Source: Chitinophagaceae bacterium
GTDB lineage: Bacteria > Bacteroidota > Bacteroidia > Chitinophagales > Chitinophagaceae
Direction: 5' to 3'
NCBI GenBank assembly: GCA_016721085.1
Contig: JADKJI010000002.1
Location: forward strand, 83,630-147,629
Length of the DNA: 64,000 bases
Below the pieces are notes generated by a model, which saw only the letters and a list, made by a program, of their open reading frames with translations, searched no databases and was not told the DNA's origin. Of the stretch, positions 57,112 through 64,000 are shown piece by piece; the stretch's first letter is position 1, and the number at the start of each line of letters is the position of its first letter. The position numbers were made by a program, and so were the translations under genes.

Positions 57112-58932
57112 ATGAGCCACGAAGCAGCATTGCATGGTCATTCGGAAGTTATCTCACATGATGCACATCATGATGAACACCATGTGCATCATCACAAAGA
57201 GACTTTCATTTCGAAATATGTATTCAGCATGGACCACAAAACCATTGCCAAGCAGTTCCTGATTTCAGGAATGATCTGGGCATTAATTGGTGGTTTGATG
57301 TCGGTACTGTTCCGTTTGCAATTAGGTTATCCCGACCAAAGCTTCCCTTTCCTGGAAGACATTTTGGGTCGTTGGGCAAAAGGCGGACGTATTTCTGCTG
57401 AAAACTATTACGCCCTTGTTACCATGCACGGTACCGTTCTGGTATTCTTCGTGTTGACAGGAGGATTGAGCGGAACCTTCGCCAATTTCCTTATTCCGTT
57501 GCAGATCGGTGCGCGCGACATGGCCTCTCCTTTCCTTAATATGCTTTCTTACTGGTTCTTCTTCGGCGCCAGTATCGTAATGATATCTTCCCTCTTCGTT
57601 CAAACAGGTCCTTTTAGTGGTGGTTGGACAGCCTATCCGCCATTAAGTGCCTTGGGTGAAGCGTCGCCGGGTTCTAAAGTGGGTATGGACTTGTGGATCA
57701 CCGCCATGGCTTTATTCGTGGTATCGTCATTGTTAGGTGGTCTTAACTATATCTCTACCGTATTGAACATGCGTACAAAAGGTATGAGCATGACCCGTTT
57801 GCCTTTGACAATCTGGGCTTTGTTCTTCACTGCGGTATTAGGGGTATTGTCATTCCCGGTTTTGTTATCAGGTTTCATCCTGTTGCTGTTCGATCGTCAT
57901 GCCGGTACCAGCTTCTATCTTTCCGACATTTTCATTTCTGGTGTAGGACCAATGGATCATGAAGGTGGTAGCGCCATTCTGTTCCAGCACTTGTTCTGGT
58001 TCCTCGGTCACCCTGAAGTATATATCATCTTGTTACCAGCCATGGGTATGGCTTCTGAGATATTGTCGGTGAACTCACGCAAACCAATCTTCGGCTATAT
58101 GGCCATGGTGGGTTCGCTGTTCGCTATCGCTATACTGGCCTTCCTGGTATGGGCGCACCACATGTTTGTAACCGGATTGAATCCTTTCCTCGGATCGGTA
58201 TTCGTGTTGCTCACCCTGTTGATTGCGGTTCCATCAGCTATCAAAGTATTTAACTGGCTTACTACATTATGGCGCGCAAATATCCGCTTCACACCGGGTA
58301 TGCTTTTCGCTCTTGGTTTTGTAAGCTTGTTCATCTCTGGTGGTTTAACAGGTATCTTCCTCGGTAATTCCACACTGGATATCACATTGCACGATACCTA
58401 TTTCGTAATTGCCCACTTCCACATCGTAATGGGTGTGAGTGCCTTCTTCGGAATGTTCGCTGGTATCTACCATTGGTATCCAAAAATGTACGGCCGCTAT
58501 CTTAATAACACCATGGCGTATATCCACTTCTGGGTTACGCTGGCTGGTGCTTACCTGATCTTCTGGCCAATGCACTACGAAGGTTTGGCGGGTATGCCAC
58601 GTCGTTATATGGACTATAGCAACTGGGAATCTTTCAAGCAATTCGCTGAGCTGAACAAATTCATCTCTACTGTTGCCATGATCGTATTCGCTGTTCAGAT
58701 ATTGTTTGTGTTTAACTTCTTCTACTCTATCTGGAAAGGAAGAAAAGTAACCACACAGAACCCATGGGAATCAAATACACTCGAGTGGACTACTCCAATT
58801 CGTCCTGGTCACGGTAACTGGCCTGGCGAAATTCCAGAAGTACACCGTTGGGCATATGATTATTCTAAGGATGGAAGAGATTTCATTCCGCAGAATGAGC
58901 CGATTGGGCCGGACGAAACTACACCCCACTAA
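57112..58932 (+). CDS. ctaD: cytochrome c oxidase subunit I
   Basis: Twelve or more TM helices. Haem-copper motifs WFLGHPEVYIILLP, HHMF and VIAHFHIV. Confidence 0.95.
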   Translation: MSHEAALHGHSEVISHDAHHDEHHVHHHKETFISKYVFSMDHKTIAKQFLISGMIWALIGGLMSVLFRLQLGYPDQSFPFLEDILGRWAKGGRISAENYYALVTMHGTVLVFFVLTGGLSGTFANFLIPLQIGARDMASPFLNMLSYWFFFGASIVMISSLFVQTGPFSGGWTAYPPLSALGEASPGSKVGMDLWITAMALFVVSSLLGGLNYISTVLNMRTKGMSMTRLPLTIWALFFTAVLGVLSFPVLLSGFILLLFDRHAGTSFYLSDIFISGVGPMDHEGGSAILFQHLFWFLGHPEVYIILLPAMGMASEILSVNSRKPIFGYMAMVGSLFAIAILAFLVWAHHMFVTGLNPFLGSVFVLLTLLIAVPSAIKVFNWLTTLWRANIRFTPGMLFALGFVSLFISGGLTGIFLGNSTLDITLHDTYFVIAHFHIVMGVSAFFGMFAGIYHWYPKMYGRYLNNTMAYIHFWVTLAGAYLIFWPMHYEGLAGMPRRYMDYSNWESFKQFAELNKFISTVAMIVFAVQILFVFNFFYSIWKGRKVTTQNPWESNTLEWTTPIRPGHGNWPGEIPEVHRWAYDYSKDGRDFIPQNEPIGPDETTPH

Positions 58933-58946
58933 TCGAAAGTCAGGGG

Positions 58947-59048
58947 GTTCGATAGGTTCAAGATGTTCAATAGGTTCCATAGGAAGACTCCGATTTTCGG
59001 AGATTCTTCCTACTTCCGGTCTTTCGGACTTTCCGACTTCCGGACTTG
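58947..59048. repeat. stutter-word/hairpin repeat module inserted between ctaD and cyoE
   Basis: GTTCGATAGGTTCAAGATGTTCAATAGGTTCCATAGG, then the hairpin CTCCGATTTTCGGAG, then CTTCC/CTTTCGGA words at 7-8-nt spacing. It shares the TTCAATAGGTTCCATAGG core with 15923-15941 and 63311-63325. Confidence 0.8.
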
Positions 59049-59070
59049 CAACGTGAATTATAAAATTGAG

Positions 59071-59967
59071 ATGGATAATGTGATGTCAAGAAGCTCTTTA
59101 AATATTGCTGGTAAAGTACAAGACTATCGCTTACTGATAAAGTTCAGCCTTAGTTTCATGGTGGCTTTTTCGGCGGTGATCAGTTATCTGCTGGCTCCGA
59201 AGGTGGTGGCATATGACTGGTCAATGATCATCCTCATCTTTACAGGTGGGTTGTTGATTACCGGAAGTGCCAATGCTGTGAACGAGATTGCGGAGAAGGA
59301 TACCGATGCGCAGATGAAGCGTACCGCCAACAGACCTCTCGCTGCAGGGCGTATGAGTGTAAGGGAAGCAGGAATTGCTGCTGCCATTATGCTGGTGGTT
59401 GGAATGTTCATCATGTGGCATTACTTCAACGGATTGTCTGCCGCCATTTCACTTTTCAGTTGGTTTGTATACGCCTATATGTATACGCCATTGAAAAAAG
59501 TGAGCGCCATTTCAGTATTGGTAGGTGCCATTCCCGGTGCATTGCCTTGCTTAATTGGATGGGCTGCAGGTAACGACGATATCAGTGCAGGTGGTTGGGT
59601 CTTATTCGCTCTCCAGTTCTTTTGGCAGTTCCCCCATTTCTGGGCTATTGCCTGGGTAGCGCATAAGGATTATTCCAATGCCGGTTTCAAACTGATGCCG
59701 AGTGTGGAAGGTCCAACCAAATATTCCGCAATTCAATCAGTGATCTATTCGCTGATATTGATACCTGTTGGCGTATTGCCTTTCTGGGTAGGAATGAGTG
59801 GTTGGGTAAGTTTCTTTGTAGTGCTGGTAGCTAATCTTTTCATGGTTTGGTTCTGTGTGAAATTGTTCAGGGATATGGAAAGGAAAGCTGCGAGAAGAGT
59901 GATGTTCGCCAGTTATTTTTACCTGCCGATTGTTTTACTGGCTTTATTAGCCGACAAGATTTGGTAA
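59071..59967 (+). CDS. cyoE: protohaem IX farnesyltransferase (haem O synthase)
   Basis: UbiA-type motif NEIAEKDTDAQMKRTANRPLAAG and multiple TM helices. The start is placed at MDNVMSRSS; the ORF-track start at 58963 lies in the repeat module. Confidence 0.9.
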   Translation: MDNVMSRSSLNIAGKVQDYRLLIKFSLSFMVAFSAVISYLLAPKVVAYDWSMIILIFTGGLLITGSANAVNEIAEKDTDAQMKRTANRPLAAGRMSVREAGIAAAIMLVVGMFIMWHYFNGLSAAISLFSWFVYAYMYTPLKKVSAISVLVGAIPGALPCLIGWAAGNDDISAGGWVLFALQFFWQFPHFWAIAWVAHKDYSNAGFKLMPSVEGPTKYSAIQSVIYSLILIPVGVLPFWVGMSGWVSFFVVLVANLFMVWFCVKLFRDMERKAARRVMFASYFYLPIVLLALLADKIW

Positions 59968-59986
59968 GATTTAAACAACATAAGTG

Positions 59987-60553
59987 ATGACAGATTCAGT
60001 GGGTTCGCAACGAAAAAAGATACATCCGCATAAGTTCACCCTTTGGGTAGCTCTTGCCAGTATCATCATGATGTTCGCCGGTTTAACCAGCGCTTACATC
60101 GTAAAAGGCAGTATGCCGGGCTGGATCAATATCAGCCTGCCGAAGCTCTTTTATTATTCAACGGGTGCTATCCTGCTAAGCAGTGTAACCATACAGCTGG
60201 CAGAAAAAGCATTCAAGGAAAGGAACAGACCCCGTTACCGGTCATTGATGACAGTAACAGTGGTGCTTGCTATCGCTTTCATTGTTTTCCAATTGTATGG
60301 CTTTAAGGAGTTATATAATTCAGGGATAAAAATGGAAGGATCGGGTGCAGGACAGTTCCTCTACATCATTTTCGGATTACATATTCTCCATGTATTGGGA
60401 GGAATAGTTGCCCTGATAGTGATGTTCCTGAAATCGTATAGCGGAAAAATAAGAAGCTATAATCCGGTGCCGGTAGAAGTGATGACAACCTATTGGCATT
60501 TTGTAGATTTCTTATGGATCTATCTATTCGTTTTCTTTTTATTGAAAATGTAG
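59987..60553 (+). CDS. cytochrome c oxidase subunit III-like protein (short form)
   Basis: Five TM helices. The C-terminal YWHFVDFLWIYLFVFF motif is typical of subunit III. Confidence 0.8.
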   Translation: MTDSVGSQRKKIHPHKFTLWVALASIIMMFAGLTSAYIVKGSMPGWINISLPKLFYYSTGAILLSSVTIQLAEKAFKERNRPRYRSLMTVTVVLAIAFIVFQLYGFKELYNSGIKMEGSGAGQFLYIIFGLHILHVLGGIVALIVMFLKSYSGKIRSYNPVPVEVMTTYWHFVDFLWIYLFVFFLLKM

Positions 60554-60600
60554 AGCGCTATTTATTAATTAGACATAAACAGAACCTTTAAAACAGTAAC

Positions 60601-61290
60601 ATGGCACAAGCAGTAGCTGCAAATACCAAATGGTGGAGTGGTGGTAAAAGCCCCTTCAACATAGAGTACGGAAAACTGATGATGTGGTATTTTTTGATGA
60701 GTGACGCGTTCACTTTCGGCGCCTTCCTTATTGCGTACGGTACCGTGCGGATGAGTAGTAATGGATGGCCTGACCCTAACCACGTATTCCAGTCTGCCCC
60801 TTTCCTCGGCGATGGTTTACCATTGGTGTTTGTGAGCTTGATGACCTTCATTCTGATCGTGAGTTCCGTTACAATGGTACTCGCTGTTCATGAAGGACAT
60901 AATATGAACCGTAAGGGAGTTATCAAATGGTTAGCATGGACAATAGTTGGTGGATTCGCTTTCTTAGGTTGTCAGGCCTGGGAGTGGACACATCTTTTCC
61001 ATGAAGGTGCATGGTGGGGTAAGATTCCTGTTTATGCAGGTAGTCACTTCCTGAATGCTGATGGATCTGTTCCTTCTACGAACTTCTCCAACTTCTTTTT
61101 CACCATCACTGGTTTCCATGGTTTCCACGTATTCTCTGGTGTTATCATCAATATCATTATGCTGATTATGACTATCCAGGGTAAGTTCGACCAACGTGGT
61201 CACTACCTGATGATTGAAAAAGCTGGATTGTACTGGCACTTTGTGGATCTGGTTTGGGTATTCGTATTCCTTTGCTTTTATCTGCTCTAA
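60601..61290 (+). CDS. ctaE: cytochrome c oxidase subunit III
   Basis: Motifs FHGFHVFSGV and LYWHFVDLVWVFVF. 229 aa. Confidence 0.85.
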   Translation: MAQAVAANTKWWSGGKSPFNIEYGKLMMWYFLMSDAFTFGAFLIAYGTVRMSSNGWPDPNHVFQSAPFLGDGLPLVFVSLMTFILIVSSVTMVLAVHEGHNMNRKGVIKWLAWTIVGGFAFLGCQAWEWTHLFHEGAWWGKIPVYAGSHFLNADGSVPSTNFSNFFFTITGFHGFHVFSGVIINIIMLIMTIQGKFDQRGHYLMIEKAGLYWHFVDLVWVFVFLCFYLL

Positions 61291-61324
61291 TCAATTAATG
61301 GCGTAAAAAACTTATTATAGATTT

Positions 61325-61816
61325 ATGGAACATCAATCAATGTCATCCGAGATCACTTTCGCACCAGAACACCACGATACCAAATCGGTAGTTCGTAAGA
61401 TCATCAAAACGACTGTGATCCTGAGTGTGATTACAATTATTGAATTAGCCCTGGGTTATATCATCTTCTTCATGCATAAGAACCCAGATCATAGTGTAAA
61501 CCTTGTACTGGCAATCAAAGGAGTGATCGTAATCCTCTCATTAGCAAAAGCATTCTATATCGTTTCCATATTCATGCACCTGGGTGATGAAATAAGGAAT
61601 ATGATCATGACCATTGTAGTGCCTTTGTTCCTCTTCGTTTGGTTTATCGCCGCCTTTATGTGGGATGGTAATAGCTATAAGGACCTGAGGAATACTTACG
61701 ACAGGCACCATGCTGAGCAAACAAATGTAAAGCCTACTAATCCAAAGCCAGCTGAGCATGAAGAACATAGCGAGAAACCAGCAGCTGAAGGTGTAAAGCA
61801 GGAAAAATTGCATTAA
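61325..61816 (+). CDS. cytochrome c oxidase subunit IV-like small membrane protein
   Basis: Three TM helices and a hydrophilic Lys/Glu/Pro-rich tail. The position after subunit III supports the call. Confidence 0.65.
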   Translation: MEHQSMSSEITFAPEHHDTKSVVRKIIKTTVILSVITIIELALGYIIFFMHKNPDHSVNLVLAIKGVIVILSLAKAFYIVSIFMHLGDEIRNMIMTIVVPLFLFVWFIAAFMWDGNSYKDLRNTYDRHHAEQTNVKPTNPKPAEHEEHSEKPAAEGVKQEKLH

Positions 61817-61838
61817 TTTCCCTTATTATACGATACTA

Positions 61839-61868
61839 AGCCATCTGTAAAACAGATGGCTTTTTTTA
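61839..61868 (+). terminator. rho-independent terminator ending the act-cox transcription unit
   Basis: Stem AAGCCATCTG/CAGATGGCTT with a 3-nt loop (TAA), followed by TTTTTTT. Confidence 0.85.
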
Positions 61869-61901
61869 TGCAGTAAACCATCAGCATCATTCAGTATAGT
61901 T

Positions 61902-61909
61902 TACCTTTG
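61902..61909 (+). promoter_or_regulatory. candidate -7 promoter box TACCTTTG upstream of the SCO gene
   Basis: It matches TAnnTTTG. If it is functional, transcription would start after the ORF-track GTG at 61909, which favours the ATG at 61945 as the SCO start. Confidence 0.3.
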
Positions 61910-61944
61910 TGGCTCAAATTTTAGCAGTGAATACAAAAGCTATA

Positions 61945-62739
61945 ATGGCATTAGGTCTCGCAGCACTTCTACCAATCATAAGCTATCTTTTGGTGAAAGG
62001 CTATAGCGATAATGCCGTACAAATGCCAAAACGTTTTTATTATGATTCCACCATTGAAAAAGTGGTCGATGGAAAACGATTTACAGATACCCTTTGGCAT
62101 CGTGTTTCGAATATTGAACTCACCAATCAACTCGGAAAGAAAGTTGAACTGGATCAAATAAAAAATAAAGTACTGGTAGTCGATTTCTTTTTTACTCATT
62201 GTCCAAGTATTTGTCCGGGCATGACAAGAAGTATGAGACGTCTCCAAACCATGATGCATTCTACCGATCCACGTAAGGTTATCGATACACCGTTAGTGCA
62301 ATTCCTTTCATTCAGTATCGATCCTGAAAGAGATTCTGTTCCTGTAATAAAAGCATTCGCCGATAAATATGGTGTAGACCACGACACCTGGTGGCTACTC
62401 ACCGGTGATAAACAGAAGATCTACGATTTCGGAATAAACGAAATGAAACTTGGTATCATCGACGGAAATGGAAAGGATACACTGTTCGACCACTCTCCCA
62501 AATTTGTTTTAATCGATAAAGACAGAATAGTAAGAGGCTATTACAATGGACTCGATTCAATGCAGTTGCTTAAATTATCACAGGATATCGTATTCCTATC
62601 TTTGGAAAAAGACAGAAAAAAACCATCCGCTATTTTTACAGCCCTTAAACAATTGTGGCCGATTTTTATTATAGTGATAGTATCTGTAGCACTCTTCTTA
62701 TTTGTGAATAGAAGACGTAAATTAAAAAATATAGCATAG
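61945..62739 (+). CDS. SCO family copper chaperone / thiol-disulfide protein
   Basis: One N-terminal TM segment, the CxxxC motif in FTHCPSICPGMT, and a downstream conserved His region (LFDHSPKFVLID). An alternative GTG start lies at 61909. Confidence 0.85.
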   Translation: MALGLAALLPIISYLLVKGYSDNAVQMPKRFYYDSTIEKVVDGKRFTDTLWHRVSNIELTNQLGKKVELDQIKNKVLVVDFFFTHCPSICPGMTRSMRRLQTMMHSTDPRKVIDTPLVQFLSFSIDPERDSVPVIKAFADKYGVDHDTWWLLTGDKQKIYDFGINEMKLGIIDGNGKDTLFDHSPKFVLIDKDRIVRGYYNGLDSMQLLKLSQDIVFLSLEKDRKKPSAIFTALKQLWPIFIIVIVSVALFLFVNRRRKLKNIA

Positions 62740-62740
62740 T

Positions 62741-63283
62741 ATGTTAAAGGCGATCCTTACAAAGAATGATAAGAAGGCCGGATGGCTGATAGGTATTTTC
62801 TCCGTGGTAGTTTTTGCAGCAGTAGTTGCATTGGGTAAACTTAACCTGAATATAAAAGTAGATTTTGACGTGCATGTATTTGCCCGTATCAACGCCATTA
62901 TCAATTCAACTGTTAGCGTATTGCTGGTAGCTGCATTAATTGCAGTAAAACGTAAAAGTTACGAATGGCATAAGCGATTGATGATGACAGCCATGGTATT
63001 GTCTATCTTCTTTCTTGTATCCTATATCGCACATCACTTATTAGCAGGTGATACAAAATTCGGAGGTGAAGGCACTATCCGATATATCTATTTCTTCATT
63101 CTCATCACGCATATCTTTTTAGCGGCAATCATCTTGCCGTTCATTCTCTTCACGGCCTATCGCGCCATGATCGCCGAATACCCACAGCACAAAAAACTCG
63201 CCCGCATTACATGGCCTATTTGGTTTTATGTAGCGGTGACGGGGGTGGTGGTGTATTTTTTGATTAGTCCTTATTATAGTTAG
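62741..63283 (+). CDS. DUF420 (CtaM-like) membrane protein
   Basis: Four or five TM helices with conserved His residues (IAHHLL, ITHIFLA). It lies 1 nt after the SCO stop, the usual oxidase-assembly neighbourhood. Confidence 0.75.
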   Translation: MLKAILTKNDKKAGWLIGIFSVVVFAAVVALGKLNLNIKVDFDVHVFARINAIINSTVSVLLVAALIAVKRKSYEWHKRLMMTAMVLSIFFLVSYIAHHLLAGDTKFGGEGTIRYIYFFILITHIFLAAIILPFILFTAYRAMIAEYPQHKKLARITWPIWFYVAVTGVVVYFLISPYYS

Positions 63284-63285
63284 AA

Positions 63286-63505
63286 GTTCAAGAGGTTCCA
63301 GATGTTTAATAGGTTCCATAGGGCCTACTAGTTGGAGACTTTCCTTATTCTTTAGTTTTCAGAGGTTAATCGTAGAGATATTGTTAGAGTTCCGAACTCT
63401 CGAAGAGTTCGGAACTCTAACCATATCTCTACGATTAACCTTAACCCAGCCCTTACCAACTAGTCTGCCCTATGGAACCTACTAAACATCTGGAACCTCT
63501 GGAAC
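63286..63505. repeat. 220-bp nested palindrome (outer about 50-bp arms, inner 36-bp arms)
   Basis: The outer arms 63296-63335 and 63456-63495 differ at 3 of 40 positions and extend by about 10 more bp. The inner arms 63364-63399 and 63405-63440 differ at 1 of 36 positions around a TCGAA loop. Confidence 0.9.
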
Positions 63506-63542
63506 AATTAGTTTTTACTTTTCGTACTTTTAACCAAAAAAA

Positions 63543-64000
63543 ATGCCCGCCCCCACCTACTTTAAAACCCTCAAAACAATCCACCTCGCATTACTATCAA
63601 TGATCGCTGTTTTTTCGGGTGTGGTTTTTTATTTAGTGTATTCAGGAAAGTATCCGCCAACTGTAGTGGCGCCGGCAGACAGGGTGTTTCAGGTAATTGC
63701 ATTGGTATTATCGGGAGGAATGCTGATTATAGGTTTCCGACTATTCAATAGTAAAGTATTGCAGCTTCGAAAATCTGCCCTGAACGTAAAACAAAAACTC
63801 GAACAATACCGAGCTGCAAGCATCACCTGGTGGGCAATGATCGAAGGACCTTGTCTGTTTGCTTTAGTAGGTTTTCTTCTTACAAATAATTATGCCTTCT
63901 TCGCACTTGCTTGTTTTCACTTAGCCATACTATTTATGTTTCAGCCGAAAAGGGATAGTATTGTGATGTTGTTGAATTTGAATAGTGAGGAGAGTAGGGA
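63543..64000 (+). CDS. hypothetical membrane protein, 5' part (runs off right window edge)
   Basis: Hand translation from the ATG at 63543 gives MPAPTYFKTLKTIHLALLSMIAVFSGVVFYLVY... with three or four hydrophobic helices. It is open to base 64000 and is not in the ORF track because there is no stop. Confidence 0.5.
   Translation, partial: MPAPTYFKTLKTIHLALLSMIAVFSGVVFYLVYSGKYPPTVVAPADRVFQVIALVLSGGMLIIGFRLFNSKVLQLRKSALNVKQKLEQYRAASITWWAMIEGPCLFALVGFLLTNNYAFFALACFHLAILFMFQPKRDSIVMLLNLNSEESR

Noticed and set aside
58941-58985. tRNA-like GGTTCGA(T) motif after ctaD.
   Set aside because: There is no acceptor or anticodon arm structure around it. The motif is part of the GTTC stutter repeat.

Overview
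This 64-kb window looks like a chromosomal segment of a Bacteroidota genome, probably Chitinophagaceae or Sphingobacteriia-like. That assignment is an inference from four things: a T9SS C-terminal sorting domain, a GLPGLI protein, a fused E1 alpha/beta dehydrogenase, and an alternative complex III plus aa3 oxidase cluster with TAnnTTTG-type -7 boxes. I found no rRNA, tRNA, CRISPR array, integrase or prophage.

Gene content from left to right:
- 1-11 kb: an outer-membrane beta-barrel, an orphan gene pair, a T9SS cargo protein, a GLPGLI protein and an OmpR-type two-component pair.
- 11-24 kb: a 1457-aa hybrid sensor kinase, an MqnC-like radical SAM enzyme, a double-DTG aspartyl protease with a PDZ domain, an M16 peptidase pair, a DUF360 protein and a fused 2-oxoacid dehydrogenase E1.
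- 24-46 kb: an accessory-looking block. It holds a RAYT-like HUH transposase, four intact and one decayed S12 (class-C beta-lactamase-fold) serine hydrolases, an amidase, a penicillin-acylase-family Ntn hydrolase, M28 and M19 peptidases, a GNAT, a frameshifted Crp/Fnr regulator, DUF2892, a WG-repeat protein and a TMEM175-type channel.
- 46-64 kb: purN, then a canonical co-oriented respiratory cluster (actABCDEF, cytochrome oxidase subunits II and I, cyoE, two subunit III genes, subunit IV, SCO, DUF420).

The least expected content is non-coding. At least three families of structured intergenic repeats are present:
- A GGATGNCATCC/C6-G6 REPIN family. It flanks the RAYT-like gene and is confined to the hydrolase block.
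- A roughly 55-bp GC-rich palindrome present in four copies.
- Modular nested palindromes built from 7-9-nt periodic stutter words. One pair brackets a 2.8-kb two-gene segment, and one copy sits inside the oxidase operon.

All product calls come from motifs read by eye in the ORF translations. No database search was run.
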